NCBI GenBank assembly: GCA_965198065.1
Contig: CBDAON010000004.1
Location: 2,048,001-2,112,000 of the forward strand
Reading direction: 5' to 3'
Source: Longimicrobiales bacterium
Lineage (GTDB): Bacteria > Gemmatimonadota > Gemmatimonadetes > Longimicrobiales > Gaopeijiaceae
Length of the DNA stretch: 64,000 nucleotides
Part shown: positions 53,085 through 63,701 of the stretch, one piece after another
How positions within the stretch are numbered: the first letter of the stretch is position 1
How the letters are laid out: each line of letters opens with the position of its first letter
Program-made: the position numbers and the translations under genes
The notes under the pieces: generated by a model
What the model was told of the DNA's origin: nothing
The model's input: the letters and a program-made list of their open reading frames with translations, nothing else
Databases searched by the model: none

Positions 53085-54266
53085 ATGAGACACCCGAACC
53101 GGCGTGCCTTCCTTCAGAGCCTCGCGGCCGCGGCCGGAGCCGCGGCCGTTCCCCGCCTCGCTGACGGTCTGGCGGCGCTCCCGGAAGCGTCCATCGAGGG
53201 CCGCCGGACGCCGCCGACCCGCCGCGTCCAGGCGCTCGTGCGCACGATCGCCGGGACGGGGACGGCGGGATACGAGCCCGAGGGCGCCGATGGACGTGTA
53301 GCGACCACGACACCGGTGAACAATCCGTACGGGGTCGTCGTGGGCCCGGCCGGAGCGCTCTATTTCTGCGAGGTCGACACCGGGCGGACGCGGAGGCTGG
53401 ATCTCGGAACGTCGCGACTCACGACGGTCGCGGGCACGGGAGAGCCGGCGTATTCGGGCGACGGTGGTCCAGCTCCGGCGGCCTCGTTTTCAGCTCCGCA
53501 CGAGATCCGCTTCGATGGGCAGGGGAACCTGTACGTCGTGGAGCGCGACGCCCACGTGGTCCGACGCATCGAGGCGGGATCCGGGCTTGTAGCGACCCTG
53601 GCGGGCACCGGGGAGGCCGGGTTCTCCGGAGACGGCGGCCCCGCGAGCCAGGCGCAGCTCCGCCAGCCCCACAGCATCGCGTTCGACGCCCAAGGCAACC
53701 TCCTCATCTGCGACATCGGGAACCAGCGGGTGCGCCAGGTGGACATGCGCACGCGTACGATCCGAACGATCGGTGGCACAGGCGAGCGAGCGCCCACTCC
53801 GGATCGGGCGCCATTGGAGGGCACGCCGCTACTCGGCCCTCGCTCGATCGACACCGACGACGATGGGAACGCGTACCTCGTGCTCCGGGAGGGGAACGCG
53901 GTCTTTCGGCTCGACCTCTCCGCGGGAACGCTCGAGCGGATTGCCGGAACTGGTGAGCGGGGGTTCACGGGGGACGGCGGGCAGGCGCTGGCCGCCACGT
54001 TCAACGGCCCCAAGGGGATCGCCCACTCGCCGGAGGATCGGAGCCTCTACGTCGTGGATACGGAGAACCACGCGATCCGACGCCTCGACCTCGGCACGGG
54101 CCGGATCGAGACCGTGCTGGGGACGGGCGAGGTGGCGGACGGACCGGACGGGGATCCGCTGCGGTGCAGCCTCGCGCGACCTCACGGGGTGTTCGTCCAC
54201 GAGCGGATCGTGTATGTCACGGACAGCGAGAACCACCGGGTCCGGGCCCTCGAGGGAGCGTTCTGA
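53085..54266 (+). CDS. Tat-exported NHL-repeat protein
   Basis: NRRAFL Tat motif; repeated TVAGTG..GDGGPA and Y..D..NH..R units. Confidence 0.85.
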   Translation: MRHPNRRAFLQSLAAAAGAAAVPRLADGLAALPEASIEGRRTPPTRRVQALVRTIAGTGTAGYEPEGADGRVATTTPVNNPYGVVVGPAGALYFCEVDTGRTRRLDLGTSRLTTVAGTGEPAYSGDGGPAPAASFSAPHEIRFDGQGNLYVVERDAHVVRRIEAGSGLVATLAGTGEAGFSGDGGPASQAQLRQPHSIAFDAQGNLLICDIGNQRVRQVDMRTRTIRTIGGTGERAPTPDRAPLEGTPLLGPRSIDTDDDGNAYLVLREGNAVFRLDLSAGTLERIAGTGERGFTGDGGQALAATFNGPKGIAHSPEDRSLYVVDTENHAIRRLDLGTGRIETVLGTGEVADGPDGDPLRCSLARPHGVFVHERIVYVTDSENHRVRALEGAF

Positions 54267-54288
54267 TCCCGTCTCGATCGAGTGGCGC

Positions 54289-54993
54289 TCAGCGCAGCCC
54301 GCGCGCCTCGTTCACGTTCACTCCGATAGGGACGCTCCCGGCGTTCTGAATACGGTACGGGGACTCCGGACTCCGCCACGTCCAGTGGCCCATTTCCGTG
54401 AGCTCGGCGGTAATCCCGTCCTCCCGTGTCACGTGAGTCTTCCCCTCGGTGACCTGGACGACGAGCACTGGGTTCCGATGGCGGTGGACGGTCGTCTCTT
54501 CTCCGGGGGCCAAATCGATTCGGTACGACCGGAACCACGCATTCTCGAGGGCCGGCTCTCCGGCCAACCCGTCTGGCCGGTCGGCTGACAGATCTTCCAC
54601 GCCCTGGCTGCTGTTCGGCATCGCGATGATGCGGAAGAGGCCCGGCCCCCGGTTGCTCACGGCGTGTGAGGAGGGTTCCTCAGCGTAGCTCGTGTTGCTC
54701 GACAGCGAGCCGTTCGCCGGGCCGCTACTCCGGTGAATGGAGTTGAGGAGTATGGCAGAGTCGTGGGTATGCACCAGGCTCGTGTCGCCAGGATTGATCT
54801 GGACGTCGAGCACCCGCACGTCCTCGTTGTACACGAACACGGTGCGGTGGCGTGGCTCCTGGAAGAGGTGCACGATGCGCTGCGCGGCGGCCTCTCCCGC
54901 GCCGAGGAGCACGCCGCCGGTCACGAGCGCCAGCGCCGCGAGGGCTCGCCGAGCGGCGGGCGCCGCGGCGGTCGTCCGAAGTCGCTTCGTCAT
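54289..54993 (-). CDS. Exported cupin-fold hypothetical protein
   Basis: Signal peptide; EPRH, PGDTSLVHTH, PGEETTVHRH. Confidence 0.65.
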   Translation of the reverse strand: MTKRLRTTAAAPAARRALAALALVTGGVLLGAGEAAAQRIVHLFQEPRHRTVFVYNEDVRVLDVQINPGDTSLVHTHDSAILLNSIHRSSGPANGSLSSNTSYAEEPSSHAVSNRGPGLFRIIAMPNSSQGVEDLSADRPDGLAGEPALENAWFRSYRIDLAPGEETTVHRHRNPVLVVQVTEGKTHVTREDGITAELTEMGHWTWRSPESPYRIQNAGSVPIGVNVNEARGLR

Positions 54994-55265
54994 GGCCGGT
55001 CCCCTCGTTGGGCGCCGATCCGGGATGTCCGTGACGAGCCTCGGACCGAACGCGAGTCCCCGACGGCTACGCTACGTCGTCCGGTGCGGAGTGGGCAAGA
55101 GCGGCCTCGCCGACCCGACGCGGCGGCTCGGCAGGGCCGTTGGGGTCGCGACTATCGCAGTGTTGCTTTGGACACTCGCGTGAGCCATCCTGGAGGGCCG
55201 GCGCGACGAACGCTAGTCGCGCCCTTGCCAGCGCCCGGCGTGACCCCTCACTCAGGGAGGCTCTC

Positions 55266-56102
55266 GTGTCCAGACTGGTCTCGCGACTCCCGGCTCTAGG
55301 CGGCCTCGCGGTTCTCATCCTTCTCCTCCTGCCCGGCGTGGGCGCTGCTCAGGGGTCGATTGCGACCGAGGCTGACCTGATCTACGGACGTGCGCACGGC
55401 TCCGCGCTCGTGGCCGATATCGCGTATCCGCGGAACGGGCAGGACCTTCCCGCGATCATCTACGTGCACGGAGGACGGTGGCGAGGAGGCAGCAAGAACG
55501 GCGGCAGCGCACTCCAGGTCGAGCAATGGGCGGGGTTCGGGTTTTTCGCCATGACGATCGACTACCGCCTGGTCGGTGGCTCGCCCGCTCCGGCGCCCCA
55601 CCAGGACATGCTCACGGCCATCCGCTGGCTGCACGCCCACGCCGGTGAGTACAACGTGGATCCCGATCGCATCTACCTCATCGGGAACTCGTCCGGCGGG
55701 CACCTGGTGGCGCTCGCGGCCACGCTCGGCGACGGACCCTACGAGAAGCTGGGTGACTGGGAAGACGCGCGAAGCGACGTCCGGGCCGTTATCAGTGTGG
55801 CCGGGGCCTACGATCTCAACACGTTGTCTTGGGGGAACCTATGGTCGACGGTCGAATCGGACCTGACCCTCGCGTCGCCAATCCGCCAGATCACGTTGAC
55901 GACGAAGCCCATGCTGATCATCCACTCGGACGATGACCGGTCGGTGCCAGTCGAGCAGGCTGTGGACATGGCTGCTGCGCTCACCGCGGCCGGCGTGCGC
56001 CACGACTTCGTCCACTACCAGGACCGCGGCCACATGTCGATCACGGACTACGTGATCACGGAGACGAGGGCGTTCATCGCCGAGCTCGAGAGCGGCGAGT
56101 AG
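55266..56102 (+). CDS. Exported alpha/beta hydrolase (esterase/lipase)
   Basis: VHGG.W, DYRL, GNSSGGHL, HSDDD..VP, GH. Confidence 0.88.
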   Translation: MSRLVSRLPALGGLAVLILLLLPGVGAAQGSIATEADLIYGRAHGSALVADIAYPRNGQDLPAIIYVHGGRWRGGSKNGGSALQVEQWAGFGFFAMTIDYRLVGGSPAPAPHQDMLTAIRWLHAHAGEYNVDPDRIYLIGNSSGGHLVALAATLGDGPYEKLGDWEDARSDVRAVISVAGAYDLNTLSWGNLWSTVESDLTLASPIRQITLTTKPMLIIHSDDDRSVPVEQAVDMAAALTAAGVRHDFVHYQDRGHMSITDYVITETRAFIAELESGE

Positions 56103-56158
56103 GCCGGGGGGGCTTCGCCAAGAGCCCGGCGGCGGGCGCCCCCGCCGCCAGGTCTTCC

Positions 56159-56310
56159 TCAGAACGTGAATAGGACGCCCACCTCCGGCGCCCAATCCGT
56201 CGCTTTGGACGAGGCGCCGATGGCGCTGATCAGCTTCACGATCACGTTCGGCCGCACGTACCACTGGAGTTCGGCGATGAGCTCCACCTCGTCCTCGCTC
56301 CCCTACGGCG
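56159..56310 (-). pseudogene. C-terminal remnant of an outer-membrane protein
   Basis: Minus-strand EDEVELIAELQW..KATDWAPEVGVLFTF* with terminal Phe; no start. Confidence 0.45.
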
Positions 56311-56453
56311 AGGCCGAGGGCATGGCGCCAATCGAAGCCACGGGGCCCCGAAATCCGCCTCCCCTTTCGCCTTCGTTCACGTGCGTCTAAAGTCGGCCCG
56401 ATCCCGCCTCGACCCCCGAGGCCCTCCGTACCCCCGCGCGTGAGCGGCACCCC

Positions 56454-58190
56454 GTGACCGGCCTCGACTGGACGATCGTCGCGATCTACTTCGTGGTCGC
56501 AGCCGCGATCGGTCTCGCCCTGGCGAAGCGGGGCGGTCGATCGGTGGCGGACTACTTCGTCGGCGGGCGCTCTCTCCCGTGGTGGCTGGCGGGCACGTCG
56601 ATGGTGGCGACCACGTTCGCTGCGGACACCCCCCTCGCGGTGACCGAGCTCGTCGTTCAGTACGGGGTGGCGGGGAACTGGCTGTGGTGGAACATGGTGA
56701 TGAGCGGGATGCTCACCGTGTTCTTCTATGCCCGGCTCTGGCGGCGGGCGGGCGTCATGACCGACGTGGAGTTCACGGAGCTCCGCTACGGCGGCCGGCC
56801 AGCCGCGATCCTCCGGGGCTTCCGGGCCGCGTACCTTGCGCTCCCCATCAACCTCATCGTGATGGGGTGGGTGAACCTCGCAATGGTCGAGATCGCGGCG
56901 GTCGCGCTCGACATTCCCCGGGCGGGCGCGTTCCTCGTTTGCTTCTTCCTCGCGGCCTTCTACTCGATCGTGTCGGGGCTCTGGGGCGTTGTCGTCACCG
57001 ACCTGTTCCAGTTTGTGCTCGCCTTCGGGGGCGCCGTGATCCTGGCGATATTCGCCGTGGAGGCCGTGGGAGGGATCGCGGGACTGGAGGCCGGGCTCGA
57101 GACGGCGTACGGGTCGGCGGAGGGCGCCATCGCGCTGCTCCCGAACGAGGGTGCCACCTGGATGCCGACGATCACGTTTGCCGTGTACCTCGGAATGAAC
57201 TGGTGGGCCTCCTGGTACCCCGGGGCGGAGCCGGGCGGGGGAGGCTACGTGGCCCAGCGAATCTTCTCCACGCGGACCGAGCGGGACGGGCTCCTCGCGA
57301 CGCTCTGGTTCAACATCGCGCACTACGCGCTGCGGCCGTGGCCCTGGATCCTCGTCGCCCTCGCCTCGACGATCCTCTATACGGACATAGACAACCCGCG
57401 CCAGGGGTACGTCCTCGCCATCGTCGATCTGCTTCCCGCGGGACTCACTGGGCTGGTCATGGCCGGGTTCGCCGCCGCCTACATGTCCACGATCTCGACC
57501 CAGCTGAACTGGGGGGCGAGCTACCTCGTGAACGACTTGTACGCGCGCTTCTACCGGCCGGCGGCGGATGACCGCGAGCTGGTCCGGGTGTCCCGCGCGG
57601 CTACGGGGGCCCTCATGCTCGCGTCGCTCGGGGTCACGTATTTCATGGGATCGATCGAGGGCGCCTGGCGATTCCTCCTGGCCATCGGAGCGGGGACCGG
57701 CCTCGTCCTGATCCTCCGGTGGTATTGGTGGAGGATCAACGCCTGGTCGGAGATCTCGGCCATGCTGGCCTCCCTCGTCGTGAGCCTATGGCTGTGGTTC
57801 GGCGCGGGGCTCGATCCGGACGATCCGGGGCAGTGGGCGATGATCATGCTGGCGACGGTGGGGATCTCGACCGTCACGTGGGTCACGGTGACGTACTTGA
57901 CCAGGCCCGAGACCGACGGCGTGCTCGAGGGCTTCTATCGCCAGGTCCGCCCAGGAGGGCCGGGGTGGTACGCCGTGGCCGAACGGCTCGGGTACGGACG
58001 GGAGGGAGTGGACGGCGGGGCTCTCAACTGGACGAACTGGGTGGCGGGTATCGCGGCGGTCTACTCCGCGCTCTTCGGAACGGGGAAGCTCATCTTCGGC
58101 GAGTGGGGAAACGCGGCCATATTCTTCGCGATTGCCGCGCTCTCGTTCAGCTGGATCGCCCGGAACCTGAAGCGGATGCCGGCGGACTGA
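56454..58190 (+). CDS. Sodium:solute symporter family protein
   Basis: YFVGGRSLPWW..SMVATTFAADTPL, YVAQRI, AAYMST..QLNWG. Confidence 0.92.
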   Translation: MTGLDWTIVAIYFVVAAAIGLALAKRGGRSVADYFVGGRSLPWWLAGTSMVATTFAADTPLAVTELVVQYGVAGNWLWWNMVMSGMLTVFFYARLWRRAGVMTDVEFTELRYGGRPAAILRGFRAAYLALPINLIVMGWVNLAMVEIAAVALDIPRAGAFLVCFFLAAFYSIVSGLWGVVVTDLFQFVLAFGGAVILAIFAVEAVGGIAGLEAGLETAYGSAEGAIALLPNEGATWMPTITFAVYLGMNWWASWYPGAEPGGGGYVAQRIFSTRTERDGLLATLWFNIAHYALRPWPWILVALASTILYTDIDNPRQGYVLAIVDLLPAGLTGLVMAGFAAAYMSTISTQLNWGASYLVNDLYARFYRPAADDRELVRVSRAATGALMLASLGVTYFMGSIEGAWRFLLAIGAGTGLVLILRWYWWRINAWSEISAMLASLVVSLWLWFGAGLDPDDPGQWAMIMLATVGISTVTWVTVTYLTRPETDGVLEGFYRQVRPGGPGWYAVAERLGYGREGVDGGALNWTNWVAGIAAVYSALFGTGKLIFGEWGNAAIFFAIAALSFSWIARNLKRMPAD

Positions 58191-58248
58191 GCTGCCCCGT
58201 TAGCGCGGATGGCGGAAAGGCGAGGAACCCTTCTCTCTCGCGAGACAG

Positions 58249-59694
58249 CTATCCCGCTCCCACCCTCGACAGCTCCTCCCAGGACGGACCGAACACCTCC
58301 GACTCCGCCGACCGGGGAATGAGCAGGTCGTGGAGCCGGCGCACGAGCCGATCCGTTCCCTCCTCGTCCACCACGACGGTGAAGTTCAGGTCGCTCGCCG
58401 CCTGGCTCACGAGGTGGATCCGGTGTCCTTCGAACACCTCCATCACGGGCCCCATCCGGTGGAGCAGCTCCCGGATCCGGCTCCCGACCAGGCTGACGGC
58501 CGTGCACGGCCGGATGACCTGCACCCGGCAGAACCGGGAGAGGCCCTCCCTTACGGCCGCGAGCTTCTCCTTGTCCAGGAGCGTCGCCTTCGAGTCGAGC
58601 GAGACGGTGACATTCGTTTCAGACGTTGAGACGAGGTCCACCGAGATCCCCTGTTCCTTGAAGACGGCAAAAGCCCGCGCGAGGAAGCCTATCTCGTGCC
58701 ACATTCCGAGCGTCTCCATGGAGATGAGAACCACCTTCCCCTTCCAGGAGATCGCCTTCACCTGGGGGGCACCGGTCGTCCCGTTGGGCTCGATCACCGT
58801 GCTCGGTGATCCGAGATCCATCGTGCTCTTCAGGTGGATCGGAATCCCGGAGTCGCGGAGCGCGCGGATCGCGCGCGGGTGCACGACCCCGCTCCCCGTC
58901 GTCGTGATCTCCTGGGCTTCGTGGTAGTTCAGGCGCTTGAGTAGGCGAGCGGACGGCACGAGCCTCGGATCCGCCGAGAACATCCCGGGAACGTCCGACC
59001 AGATCTCCAGCCGGTCCGCGCCCCACTTTCCGGCGAGGTACGCCGCGGCGGTGTCGGATCCGCCCCGCCCCAGGACGACCGGCTCGCCGGGCTCGGTGCG
59101 GGCCGTGAATCCCTGGGTGAGCCCCACGCCGCTCAGCGCGTCGAGGCGATCCCGAACCGCCGGCTCCAGGTCGGGATCGCATTCGGCCGACAGCCAGATC
59201 GCACTTCCGGACTGACGGTCGGTCACCACCGCGCGCAGAAGCGTGCCCGCGTCGAGCCACTCGACTGGATGGCCCATCGAGACCAGAAAGGCTGCCCCCA
59301 TACGCGTGGACAGACTCTCACCGAACGCGAGGATGCGGGCCCGGACGCGAGGGGTGAACTCCTCCAGGAGGGCCACCCCCTCCGCCGCCTTCCGGAGTTC
59401 CGCGAGCTCCTCGCCCAGAAGGGTGGGGCCGTCCAGCTCCAACTGTCCACAGAGGTCGAAGTGCCGCTCGGTCAGGCGGTCGAGCAGGGACGAGTGACGC
59501 CCTTCCAGCGCCTCGTCCGGGAGCCGCTCGAGCATGTCGGTGATGCCGGCGAGCGCCGAGTGCACGATCAAAATCCGGTGGCCGAGGGCGAGCCGCTCCT
59601 CGACGAGGCCCGCGATCGTGTCCCATCCCTTCCGAGACGAAACGCTCGTGCCGCCGAACTTGAGAACGATCCGCGGGACCGTGTTGCTCGTCAT
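58249..59694 (-). CDS. lysC: Aspartate kinase
   Basis: VLKFGGTSVS, LGRGGSDT, WSDVPGMFSADP, two ACT-like domains. Confidence 0.9.
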   Translation of the reverse strand: MTSNTVPRIVLKFGGTSVSSRKGWDTIAGLVEERLALGHRILIVHSALAGITDMLERLPDEALEGRHSSLLDRLTERHFDLCGQLELDGPTLLGEELAELRKAAEGVALLEEFTPRVRARILAFGESLSTRMGAAFLVSMGHPVEWLDAGTLLRAVVTDRQSGSAIWLSAECDPDLEPAVRDRLDALSGVGLTQGFTARTEPGEPVVLGRGGSDTAAAYLAGKWGADRLEIWSDVPGMFSADPRLVPSARLLKRLNYHEAQEITTTGSGVVHPRAIRALRDSGIPIHLKSTMDLGSPSTVIEPNGTTGAPQVKAISWKGKVVLISMETLGMWHEIGFLARAFAVFKEQGISVDLVSTSETNVTVSLDSKATLLDKEKLAAVREGLSRFCRVQVIRPCTAVSLVGSRIRELLHRMGPVMEVFEGHRIHLVSQAASDLNFTVVVDEEGTDRLVRRLHDLLIPRSAESEVFGPSWEELSRVGAG

Positions 59695-59867
59695 CTGCTG
59701 GATCCGTGGACTCCTTTCGTGTTCGTGTTCCGGTGCCGTTCAGCATAATCGATTCCGCTCGCAAGGCTATCCGGGCGAGCGCCTGTCACGGGCCGTCGTA
59801 CCCCTGTTAGGTTCACCGAGCTTGCGGGCTCCCGCCACCCGATCGGCCGAGTTACCTGGGGAGACGC

Positions 59868-61316
59868 ATGGGCGCGTTTACCTCGCTGGACATCGTCGTC
59901 CTCCTCGCCTATCTGCTTGGAGTCACGATCTGGGGAGCGTGGCTGGGGCGGCGACAGCGTGGGGGTACCGACTACTTCCTCGGAAACCGGGAGCTCCCCT
60001 GGGGCGCGGTCCTGCTCTCGGTGGTAGCTACCGAGACCAGCACGCTGACCTTCCTCTCGATCCCGGGAGTCGCCTACCTCGGGAACCTCGCCTTCCTCCA
60101 GCTCACGCTCGGCTACCTGGTGGGACGCCTCGTGGTCTCGGTGCTCTTCCTTCCGGCCTATTACAGCGGCGACCTGAACACCGCCTACGCGCTCCTGGAG
60201 AAGAGGTTCGGGATAGCGGCGAGGCGCTTCACATCCGGGATCTTCATGGTGACGCGGCTCCTCGCGGACTCTGTGCGGCTTTTCGCGACCGCCATCCCGC
60301 TGGCCCTGATCACCGGCTGGCCGTACCCCCTCTCGATCACGATCATCGGCGTGCTCACGCTCGTCTACACGTACTTCGGTGGAATCCGGGCCGTGGTCTG
60401 GGTGGACGCGCTCCAGATCGGCCTCTACCTGCTCGGTGCGTTCAGCGCGGTGCTCGTACTCCAGGCGCTGATCCCCGGAGGGTGGGGCGAGGCTCTCGCT
60501 CGGGCCGGCGAGGCGGGAAAGCTGACGTGGCTGGACCTCTCGGTGAATCCGGCCGTCGCCTACACGTTCTGGGCGGGGGTGATCGGAGGGGGATGCCTCT
60601 CCATGGCGTCCCACGGGACCGATCAGCTGATCGTTCAGCGGCTCCTGACCTGCCGCGACCTGAGTGCCTCGCGGAAGGCGCTCGTGGGGAGCGGGGTCGC
60701 CGTCGTCTTCCAGTTCGCCCTCTTCCTCATGGTGGGCGTCGGCCTCTGGGCGTACTACGAGGGGCGAGCGTTCGCGGTATCGGACGAGATCTTCGCCACG
60801 TTCATCATCGAGGAGCTCCCCCCTGGGGTGACGGGCCTGCTCATCGCTGCGGTGTTCGCGGCCGCCATGTCCACGCTCTCGTCCTCGATCAACTCGCTCG
60901 CGGCGGCCTCCACTTACGACTTCTGGGTCCCGCTGACGGGCGGGAGGGGCGACGACGTGCAGGTGCTTCGCGTGGGGCGGGTGTTCACGCTGATCTGGGC
61001 AGGCCTCCTGATCGGGGCGGCAGTCGCGTACGTGCCCCTGGCCGAGGGATCCACGGCGGTGGAGGTGGCGCTCACGATCGCGTCCCTGGTCTACGGTAGC
61101 TTCCTCGGAGCCTTCCTCCTCGGCACCCTGGATCCACGTGCCCGCCAAGGCGGTGTCATCGTCGGGATGGCCGCGGGCATCGTCGTCGTCACCTCGATCT
61201 GGCTGCTGGCGGCGGCTCGGGTGGGCTGGCCGTGGTTCGTTCCGATCGGGGCCCTGGTGTCGATCTCGCTCGGGGCGAGCCTGAGCCGGATCCGGCGCCA
61301 GGAACGCCCGGCGTGA
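59868..61316 (+). CDS. Sodium:solute symporter (probably sugar or amino-sugar)
   Basis: YFLGNRELPW, SVVATETS, GTDQLIVQRLL, AAMSTLSSSINSL. Confidence 0.9.
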   Translation: MGAFTSLDIVVLLAYLLGVTIWGAWLGRRQRGGTDYFLGNRELPWGAVLLSVVATETSTLTFLSIPGVAYLGNLAFLQLTLGYLVGRLVVSVLFLPAYYSGDLNTAYALLEKRFGIAARRFTSGIFMVTRLLADSVRLFATAIPLALITGWPYPLSITIIGVLTLVYTYFGGIRAVVWVDALQIGLYLLGAFSAVLVLQALIPGGWGEALARAGEAGKLTWLDLSVNPAVAYTFWAGVIGGGCLSMASHGTDQLIVQRLLTCRDLSASRKALVGSGVAVVFQFALFLMVGVGLWAYYEGRAFAVSDEIFATFIIEELPPGVTGLLIAAVFAAAMSTLSSSINSLAAASTYDFWVPLTGGRGDDVQVLRVGRVFTLIWAGLLIGAAVAYVPLAEGSTAVEVALTIASLVYGSFLGAFLLGTLDPRARQGGVIVGMAAGIVVVTSIWLLAAARVGWPWFVPIGALVSISLGASLSRIRRQERPA

Positions 61317-62224
61317 CGCCTGCCCCCGTTCGGGTCGTGGGGATCGACGGCGGCGCGACCCGGACGCGCTACCTCCTGGCGGACGCCACGGGCGGGATCC
61401 TGGCCCGTAGCGAGGGGAAGGGGAGCCTCCTCGGGGCCGGCGAGGACCCAAACGTGGCCGACGACCTCGTGCGCGAGGTGGGGGCCCTCGCCTCTCGGGC
61501 GGGAACTGGCCTCCCAGTGGACGCGCTCTGCGCCGGGCTTGCGGGTGCCGCCGGGCGACCGGACGCCAGGGCGCGGCTGCAGGACCGCCTGAGCCAGCTC
61601 GGTGTCTCCAGGCGGGTGAGGATCGTGCCGGATGCCGAGGTCGCGTTCGTGGACGCCTTCGGCGAGGCGGCTGGGATCCTCCTCATCGCGGGAACCGGCT
61701 CGATCGGCCTCGGAAGGGCCGGCGGTGGGGAGCTCGAGCGGGTGGGTGGATGGGGGGCGCTCCTCGGCGATGAGGGGAGCGGATACCGGATCGGGCTGGA
61801 TGGCCTCCAGGCGGCGATCCGGGGAGCGGAGCGCCGTGGCCCGCCGACCGGCCTGAGCGACGCCCTGTTCCGGTCCCTCGGGCTCGAGTCGGTCGCCCGG
61901 GTGCTCGAGTGGGGTCAGGGAGCGGGCAAATCCCGGATCGCGGCCCTGGCCCCGCTCGTGATCCAGGAGGCGGAGCGGGGAGACGCGGTGGCGGTAGAGA
62001 TCGTGGATTGGGCGGTGGCGGGGCTCGTCGGGCACGCCCAGGCGCTCGCGAAGAAGCTCGGGACTCCGGCGCCTCGGCGGGTGGCACTGGTGGGCGGCCT
62101 GATCGAGGAGCGTGGCCCGCTCCGGGCTCGGGTGGCCGAACGCCTCGTGAAGGAAGGCTTCGAGCCGGTCCAGCAGCTGGTCTATCCGGCGCGGGGGGCC
62201 GTGCGCCTGGCCCTTCAGTTGTAG
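61313..62224 (+). CDS. BadF/BadG/BcrA/BcrD-family ATPase (N-acetylglucosamine kinase-like)
   Basis: GIDGGATRT, IAGTGS, RVGGWGALLGDEGSG. Confidence 0.88.
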   Translation: MTPAPVRVVGIDGGATRTRYLLADATGGILARSEGKGSLLGAGEDPNVADDLVREVGALASRAGTGLPVDALCAGLAGAAGRPDARARLQDRLSQLGVSRRVRIVPDAEVAFVDAFGEAAGILLIAGTGSIGLGRAGGGELERVGGWGALLGDEGSGYRIGLDGLQAAIRGAERRGPPTGLSDALFRSLGLESVARVLEWGQGAGKSRIAALAPLVIQEAERGDAVAVEIVDWAVAGLVGHAQALAKKLGTPAPRRVALVGGLIEERGPLRARVAERLVKEGFEPVQQLVYPARGAVRLALQL

Positions 62225-62303
62225 TAGGTCGCCGAAGAAGGGGGGCGACCCGCGTGATCCCCCTCACGCGGGTCCGGCTGCACCCGGCTCGCGCGGCGCT
62301 ATC

Positions 62304-63149
62304 TCACGGCAGGAACCTCGCGTACGTGAGCGGCACGGTAAACTCGAACCCCCAGACCGTCCGCAGTCCCGCCGACGACCCCTGGAGTGTTCCGGTCCTC
62401 GTGTTGGCCGCGCGGAGCGAGAGCGTGTGGGGCGTGGTCGGGATGCGAAGCTGGAGCTCGGCGCCCCACACATCTCGGTCCAGGCCGATGTCGGTGAGCC
62501 CGTCCAGCCCGTCGGACTCGAGCGTTCCCGCATCCACCGCGAGCGCGACGTTCGGGGTCAGGTGAAGGAGGAGGCCGACGCCTGCGAACCAGCCCGGCTC
62601 CCCGGTCCCGAGCGTGTCCTGGAACCCGCGAAACTCGACCAGGACCTGGATCGAGTCCCCCGGAAACGTGTCCGGGAGACCGACGCCCACCCGGAGCGAG
62701 AGCTCGCCGTCCAGGCTCTTCCCGGCGCCGTTGTATGCCGCGGTGAGAGCCGCTCCCACCGGTCCGGCCAGGGCCGGCTTCCACCTCAGGAGCCCCTCCC
62801 ACTCGTTGTTGGTGTCGCGATAGAAGTATGAGTGCGACGCGTACTGACCGGCCACGAGCAGACGCCCCGGGAGCGGAAATCCGAGGAGCAGGGTCGGCGA
62901 GTTCTCGACCTGCCGCGGCCCGGGGTCATCTCCCACGAGCCAGAACCGATGGTTGAAGTTGAAGCGGGCGCTGCTCGGCTCGCCGACCCATCCGCCGGAC
63001 AGGTTCGGGGTACGGGCATCCACGCCCTGTGCGTGGAGAGCGGGGGCGGAGAGGACGAGGAGGGAAGCGACGGCGGCCGCGAGGCGCGAGCCGGTCGCAG
63101 CCGAGCGGTGGGGCAGGGCGGGTCGTCGGGGAGCTCGTGGGTGGCTCAT
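62304..63149 (-). CDS. Exported beta-barrel-like hypothetical protein
   Basis: Signal peptide; FNFNHRF, IPTTPHTLSL, terminal WGFEFTVP. Confidence 0.6.
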   Translation of the reverse strand: MSHPRAPRRPALPHRSAATGSRLAAAVASLLVLSAPALHAQGVDARTPNLSGGWVGEPSSARFNFNHRFWLVGDDPGPRQVENSPTLLLGFPLPGRLLVAGQYASHSYFYRDTNNEWEGLLRWKPALAGPVGAALTAAYNGAGKSLDGELSLRVGVGLPDTFPGDSIQVLVEFRGFQDTLGTGEPGWFAGVGLLLHLTPNVALAVDAGTLESDGLDGLTDIGLDRDVWGAELQLRIPTTPHTLSLRAANTRTGTLQGSSAGLRTVWGFEFTVPLTYARFLP

Positions 63150-63166
63150 TGCATCCTCCTAAATGC

Positions 63167-63679
63167 TCACACTGCGCCGGCTCGACCGCGGTTGCTGCCT
63201 CGGGGATGTCCGTCTATCAACTCCGCGTCCGAGATGGGAATCTCCCGGGTCTCCTTCGCTGTGGTCAGCACGATCGTGGTTCGCGTGGAGGCCACGTTCG
63301 GGATCCGTTGGATGTCGTGATCAAGGAGATCGGCGAGCGCCTCAGTGTCCTTCACGCGAACCTTCACGAAGAAGCAGTCCTCGCCGACCACACGGTGGAC
63401 CTCCTGGACCTCGGGGAGTGAGCAGAGCGCCTCGGTGATCTCGGGGGCCTGCGCCTCCTCGCCCGGCTGGACCCGAACGAACGAGACCAGCCCCCGGCCC
63501 AGGGGGCGCGGATCGATACGCGTCTCGTAACCCTGGATGATGCCGATCTCCTCCATCTTCCGGATCCGGTAGTGGACGGCAGAGGGGGCGAGGTCGATCG
63601 TCCGCGCGATCTCCGCGGCGGGGATGCGCGCGTTTTGTTGCAGGAGGAGCAGGATCCGGCGATCGGTGTCGTCGATCAT
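63167..63679 (-). CDS. Lrp/AsnC-family transcriptional regulator
   Basis: MIDDTDRRILLLLQQNAR HTH, EVQEVHRVVGEDC, TRTTIVL. Confidence 0.92.
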   Translation of the reverse strand: MIDDTDRRILLLLQQNARIPAAEIARTIDLAPSAVHYRIRKMEEIGIIQGYETRIDPRPLGRGLVSFVRVQPGEEAQAPEITEALCSLPEVQEVHRVVGEDCFFVKVRVKDTEALADLLDHDIQRIPNVASTRTTIVLTTAKETREIPISDAELIDGHPRGSNRGRAGAV

Positions 63680-63701
63680 GGGTCGAGCCGGCAGTCGGAA
63701 G

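Noticed and set aside
56166..56390. 74-aa plus-strand ORF
   Set aside because: The opposite strand gives a more protein-like outer-membrane C-terminus.
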